From the NCBI GenBank assembly GCA_020632265.1, contig JACKFW010000001.1, positions 337,892 to 401,891 on the forward strand: DNA of 64,000 nucleotides, given 5' to 3'. Each line of letters starts with the position of its first letter. Positions within the stretch are counted from its first letter, which is position 1. Source of the DNA: Pseudomonadales bacterium (GTDB lineage: Bacteria; Patescibacteriota; Microgenomatia; UBA1400; PJMF01). A model generated the notes under the pieces. That model was given only the letters and a program-made list of their open reading frames with translations, was not told the DNA's origin and made no database searches. Made by a program: the position numbers and the translations under genes. Of this stretch, positions 60,408 to 64,000 are shown piece by piece.

Positions 60408-60986
60408 CTATATATAAATTGTTACAGTTTCAAACTCATTTAGTACAATAATTGGAAGATCTGAATTTTCTTTCAACAAAAGTAACTTTTTATCTTTCTT
60501 TTTCTCAATATCCCAATGACATAATGCTTGTATTGATAATAGTCCAACACCTTTATGCACCGTATCTTCATCTTGATCTTCTAAAGATAGAACGTAACTT
60601 TCTGATGCTAAAAATGCCCCCATTGAACTTCCTGCATATATTTTGTCATCAAGTCTGTTTTTTAACTCAGTTAATTCCGAGTAGACAGCCTCAATTGGTT
60701 GCGAGTCACCTGCGGCCACATAGAGCACATCTGAGATTTCTAATTTTGAGAACAAATCTTTAGGATCATTTGCAACTAGTATTTCAACTTCTTTGTTTGT
60801 GTTGTTTTTTATATAGGTAGTATCTCTTTGGATTAATGCTTCCCACTCAGATTTTTCTCTTGAAAAGTAACAAAGAAGAATTGTTACTTTGTCTTTTTCA
60901 ATCAAATTAGTAAATTGAGAGAAGAAAAAGTTATTACCAGGATGTTGTTTTGAGGTTTTCCCTCCGTGTAAAAGAAATGTTGTCAT
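60408..60986 (-). CDS. peptidase S51 (dipeptidase E/cyanophycinase-like) family protein
   Basis: LLHGGKTS...YVAAGDS...YAGSSMGAFL fits the S51 GxSAG nucleophile region. Co-cassette with the GDPD-like gene (2-bp gap). Confidence 0.4.
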   Translation of the reverse strand: MTTFLLHGGKTSKQHPGNNFFFSQFTNLIEKDKVTILLCYFSREKSEWEALIQRDTTYIKNNTNKEVEILVANDPKDLFSKLEISDVLYVAAGDSQPIEAVYSELTELKNRLDDKIYAGSSMGAFLASESYVLSLEDQDEDTVHKGVGLLSIQALCHWDIEKKKDKKLLLLKENSDLPIIVLNEFETVTIYI

Positions 60987-61012
60987 GATGAGATTATAAC
61001 AAAGTTATTGAC

Positions 61013-61140
61013 TGGTTCGAGTCCTATTGGGCTCTATATAATTTACTTGAGGAAAAAAGTGGTGCTCCCCGAACAGGTCACTACACGAACTAGTTACCTC
61101 AAGAGAGAAAAAGTGAGGAGATTTGTTATGGGATGATACC
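61013..61140. repeat. cassette-array repeat, short-L + R + T-variant form
   Basis: ggttcgagtcctattgggctctatataatttacttgaggaaaaaagtggtgctccccgaacaggtcactacacgaactag + ttacctcaagagagaaaaagtgaggagatttgttatgggatgatacc. Confidence 0.8.
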
Positions 61141-61170
61141 TGAGAATGTCGTCCTTCAGGTAGCTATGAT

Positions 61171-61800
61171 TTACTTGATCCCTATTGCTATCCGATATGC
61201 CCTGTCCATTTGCTGTGTAGCATACTTTTTGTTCAGCTCATCATATCTAGCTTGATAGCGCGCTGGAACATCATCTACCACTTCAGCTTTTGATCTTATT
61301 TCTCGTATCCATCCGCTAACTTCGGTTCTTTCACCTTCGTCACCATACTCTTCTAGAACTCTCAGGAGAATATCCAGATACATGACTCCCAACCCACCCT
61401 CCACAGCTACTTCACGGGCAAAGGTAGGTGGAGTTGCAAGAACCGCTCCAGCATGAGTAGCTTGCATACGACCCACCTCAGACGATTGCGCATTGAGCTT
61501 GATTAGCTGCTCTCTTATATCTAAATGCATAGTGCCGTCTGAATTTATCAGGTTTCTGCGAACAGCTTCACGAAACCATTTCATGTTTTGCTCATCCACA
61601 GTTGCATCTGCAAATCTAGCTGCAAACTTAGCAAGAGGAAAAGCATTCATCCCCATCTCTTGAATTGAGCGAGCGATAACTGCCTGAGGATCAAATTGGT
61701 TTAAAATTTCATTTGACATAGTTATGGTGTATTCTATCACATGATACAAAAATGTGAGAATACACAGTGACTCTCCTAGTTCGTGTCCCAGATCAGCCAT
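61171..61800 (-). CDS. hypothetical protein (GC-rich cassette)
   Basis: ORF of 182-209 aa; the ATG at 61717-61719 (MSNEIL...) is the plausible start. Local GC is clearly higher than the genome background. Confidence 0.5.
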   Translation of the reverse strand: MADLGHELGESLCILTFLYHVIEYTITMSNEILNQFDPQAVIARSIQEMGMNAFPLAKFAARFADATVDEQNMKWFREAVRRNLINSDGTMHLDIREQLIKLNAQSSEVGRMQATHAGAVLATPPTFAREVAVEGGLGVMYLDILLRVLEEYGDEGERTEVSGWIREIRSKAEVVDDVPARYQARYDELNKKYATQQMDRAYRIAIGIK

Positions 61801-61833
61801 CCTAATAGGGGTATGCAGGTGGAATTAGATGTA

Positions 61834-62115
61834 TCACTCATTGTTGCAGTGCAGAACATAATTCTGGAGCAAAATTCCGAACATAAGATACCGCTCTGAT
61901 GATTCAAGCGAAATGTAATCGTCAGATCTAGCCGAGATGTCTGTGATTATTGAATGAATATATTTTGGAAGCTGGTGTGATTGTAGAGGTACCAACCATC
62001 GTTTTGCCTCCTTAAGAAAACGGGTAGCACCCTGAGTTGAACCGCGCTGAGACAAAGCCACGACCCGAAACAGATCGTTAGAAAGGGAGCCGATGAGTAG
62101 CTGGGTATCACTCAT
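61834..62115 (-). CDS. hypothetical protein (GC-rich cassette)
   Basis: 93-aa ORF immediately upstream of, and co-oriented with, 61171..61800. Confidence 0.45.
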   Translation of the reverse strand: MSDTQLLIGSLSNDLFRVVALSQRGSTQGATRFLKEAKRWLVPLQSHQLPKYIHSIITDISARSDDYISLESSERYLMFGILLQNYVLHCNNE

Positions 62116-62215
62116 ACCAATTGTTTAAAAAAACACTTGGACAATTCTAAAAATTTCTTCTTAAATGAATTTACGCAAACTTCGGGTTGTTCATTTCTAT
62201 CAGGGTATATTGAAC

Positions 62216-62434
62216 TCAATCGTGCTCAATTGTGACTGCGATGACAATCCTTTGTCCTTGGCCATGATCTACAGCTGTAAATTTTACAACTGGGTGTAAA
62301 TCTTTCAAGCTTTCAAGCTTTTGATTTATAACTATAGTAGCGTCATAAGCGAAACCCTCAAAAACAAGTACTTCATTTGTACGAATCATTCCTTGTTCTA
62401 CTGGATGATATCCTGATTCAACTTGACTGTTCAT
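62216..62434 (-). CDS. small hypothetical protein
   Basis: 72-aa ORF. Confidence 0.4.
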   Translation of the reverse strand: MNSQVESGYHPVEQGMIRTNEVLVFEGFAYDATIVINQKLESLKDLHPVVKFTAVDHGQGQRIVIAVTIEHD

Positions 62435-62492
62435 AATTCTCCTTTTCTTTATTATATTACAAATTATTGTAACAGATATTTATTTTTTGGTT

Positions 62493-62635
62493 CAGTTCGA
62501 GTCCCAGGCGATCCTGTCCTATTTGGGGTATATTAGTGAAAAAAGATTGATATATAGTCATAGTAAGCCTATAATTTAAAAGCTCCCCCAACAGGTTGTT
62601 ACTCGAACTAGGAGGAGGTGGATAGAAAGTTACTT
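62493..62635. repeat. cassette-array repeat, full L-S-R form
   Basis: cagttcgagtcccaggcgatcctgtcctatttggggt | atattagtgaaaaaagattgatatatagtcatagtaagcctataatttaaa | agctcccccaacaggttgttactcgaactaggaggaggtggatagaaagttacttgtttc. Abuts the stop (62639) of the MFS gene. Confidence 0.85.
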
Positions 62636-62638
62636 GTT

Positions 62639-63826
62639 TCAAGAATCTTTATCAGTAGTCAACAACTTATAAGTAAGGGGTACTACACTTAGTACAGTGA
62701 ACACTCCCAACAAGGAATACATTGTTCGTATTCCAAATTGAGAAATTACAGGAGCAGAAATAGTTGTCATTACAACATATACAAAACCAATTGCTAAACT
62801 TAAAAATGAAATTGCAGTTGCTCTATATTTACTAGAAAAAGCTTTATTTGTTAGTGGAGAAAGTAATATCCATCTTGCAGTAGTTGCGATCATAGCTGCC
62901 TGAATAAACGGAATACCCCAGAATCCATCCAACTTAATTCCAGGTAAATATCCAATTAACATAATAACTGGAAAAAATAATATCCTTGATCTTTCTGAAA
63001 AAATCCTCGTATCCTGCAGAATAAGGCGAATCAACAATACGTTAATGAGTCTCATACCAGCTGTCAGGATGCCTCTTAAAGAATCAGATGCAATAAACTC
63101 AACCATCATAAACTCGTTAAAATACAAAGTGCTAGACCATGCAATACCTGCTACAGCAATATAAAATAAAGATAAATACCTTGTATACTGGCTTTTAAAT
63201 GCTTCTTTTGAGCCATTCTTTATCTGCAACACATAATTCTTTAAAGTAAAAGTTTCAGAATCAATATGTGGTTCTTTATAAAACAAAATACATATAGAAC
63301 CAAGAAATAAACTCAGTCCATACAACAAGTACGGCAAGAACACCCACTGTTCAAATAATAATCCTCCTGTTGCAGTAGCAAGAATAAGACCAACTTGATA
63401 AATTAGATCTCCATTGCCGTAAACTTTATCGTATTCATTTTCTTTATCAGCTTGCTTATAAGTGTCATATAACAATGCTTCTTCTGAACCAGATCGAAAA
63501 GAATCGTTTAATCCAACCATCAAAGCTAATATGAGGAAGTGATAAAAGTTTGTTGCCAAAGGAAATAGAAAAAAACTTGCTGCACCAATAATCCAACCAA
63601 CAAGATTTGTATTTTTTCTTCCAATAAGATCTGCCAAAGCTCCACTTGGAAGTTCTAAAAACATTTGTGAAAGATATTGAATTGTAACTAAATATGAAAT
63701 TTCAGCTACAGTAATTTTTCCTTGATAATAGACAATCCAAATTGGAATCGTGAAAACAAGTGAGTGCAAAAACTGGGTAATATAAAAAATCCAGGTGTTT
63801 CGCTTATAAACTGGTAAATCTTTCAT
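62639..63826 (-). CDS. MFS transporter
   Basis: 395-aa ORF with about 12 TM helices and the MFS motif region (LADLIGRKNT). Confidence 0.7.
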   Translation of the reverse strand: MKDLPVYKRNTWIFYITQFLHSLVFTIPIWIVYYQGKITVAEISYLVTIQYLSQMFLELPSGALADLIGRKNTNLVGWIIGAASFFLFPLATNFYHFLILALMVGLNDSFRSGSEEALLYDTYKQADKENEYDKVYGNGDLIYQVGLILATATGGLLFEQWVFLPYLLYGLSLFLGSICILFYKEPHIDSETFTLKNYVLQIKNGSKEAFKSQYTRYLSLFYIAVAGIAWSSTLYFNEFMMVEFIASDSLRGILTAGMRLINVLLIRLILQDTRIFSERSRILFFPVIMLIGYLPGIKLDGFWGIPFIQAAMIATTARWILLSPLTNKAFSSKYRATAISFLSLAIGFVYVVMTTISAPVISQFGIRTMYSLLGVFTVLSVVPLTYKLLTTDKDS

Positions 63827-63859
63827 TCAAGTATTATATCAAAGGAATATGTGCAAAAT

Positions 63860-64000
63860 TAGTTCGAATCCCAGACCAACTTGTCCTATCGGGGGTATTT
63901 GTGTGAAAAAAGATTGGTATATAAATCTAGATTAGTATTATGAGATAAAAGCTCCCATCACCTGAAATCCTACAAGTGTCCATTAAGGCGATAATTCAAG
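63860..64000. repeat. cassette-array repeat (L-S modules, divergent R), cut by window end
   Basis: tagttcgaatcccagaccaacttgtcctatcgggggt | atttgtgtgaaaaaagattggtatataaatctagattagtattatgagataaa | agctcccatcacctgaaatcc... Confidence 0.75.

Noticed and set aside
45917-64000. CRISPR array
   Set aside because: The repeats are 35-145 bp imperfect palindromes of variable form. They are separated by 0.2-1.7 kb of protein-coding DNA, not by 25-45 bp unique spacers. There are no cas genes.
1-64000. Diversity-generating retroelement, transposase/IS element, phage integrase
   Set aside because: No reverse-transcriptase motif (YxDD), no DDE or Y1 transposase and no tyrosine or serine recombinase ORF was seen in any frame. 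If the cassette array is mobile, its recombinase must lie outside the window.

Overview
This is a low-GC (about 30-35%) bacterial contig. Its gene content is typical of a Candidate Phyla Radiation (Patescibacteria-like) fermentative organism with a Gram-positive-type envelope: ADP-forming acetyl-CoA synthetase, 2-oxoacid:ferredoxin oxidoreductase plus flavodoxin, DUF2207, a sortase beside a giant LPXTG surface protein, an LCP protein and many small hypothetical genes. Standard stop codons are used. Positions 1-41 kb carry core and envelope genes: a P-type ATPase, korAB-like oxidoreductase, flavodoxin, acd, a cytochrome-b5-like protein, a nitroreductase, two sensor kinases with an OmpR regulator and a Spy/CpxP-like LTXXQ protein, LCP, a CcdA-thioredoxin fusion, Bcp, a DEAD-box helicase, two ATP-grasp enzymes, a SAM methyltransferase, GT-C-like membrane proteins, a sortase and an 8.9-kb surface-protein gene. 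Positions ~45.9-64 kb form an accessory region. About 17 mostly minus-strand, functionally unrelated small genes lie there (isochorismatase, histidine phosphatase, GDPD-like, S51-peptidase-like, MFS transporter, a methyltransferase pseudogene and many hypotheticals). Each is separated from the next by a copy of one conserved, modular, imperfect-palindromic repeat of 35-145 bp. The left half is ~AGTTCGAATCCCAGGCTAAGCTGTCCTATCGGGGG, followed by an AT-rich spacer, and the right half is ~CTCCCCCGACAGGTCGTTACTCGAACTAGGAGGTGGGTGGAAAGTTACTT. The organisation resembles an integron-like gene-cassette array with attC-like sites. No recombinase lies inside the window; one is predicted beyond 64 kb. It could equally be a novel cassette or hairpin-repeat system, and it is the most interesting thing in the window. 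No rRNA, intact tRNA, CRISPR array or transposase was seen.
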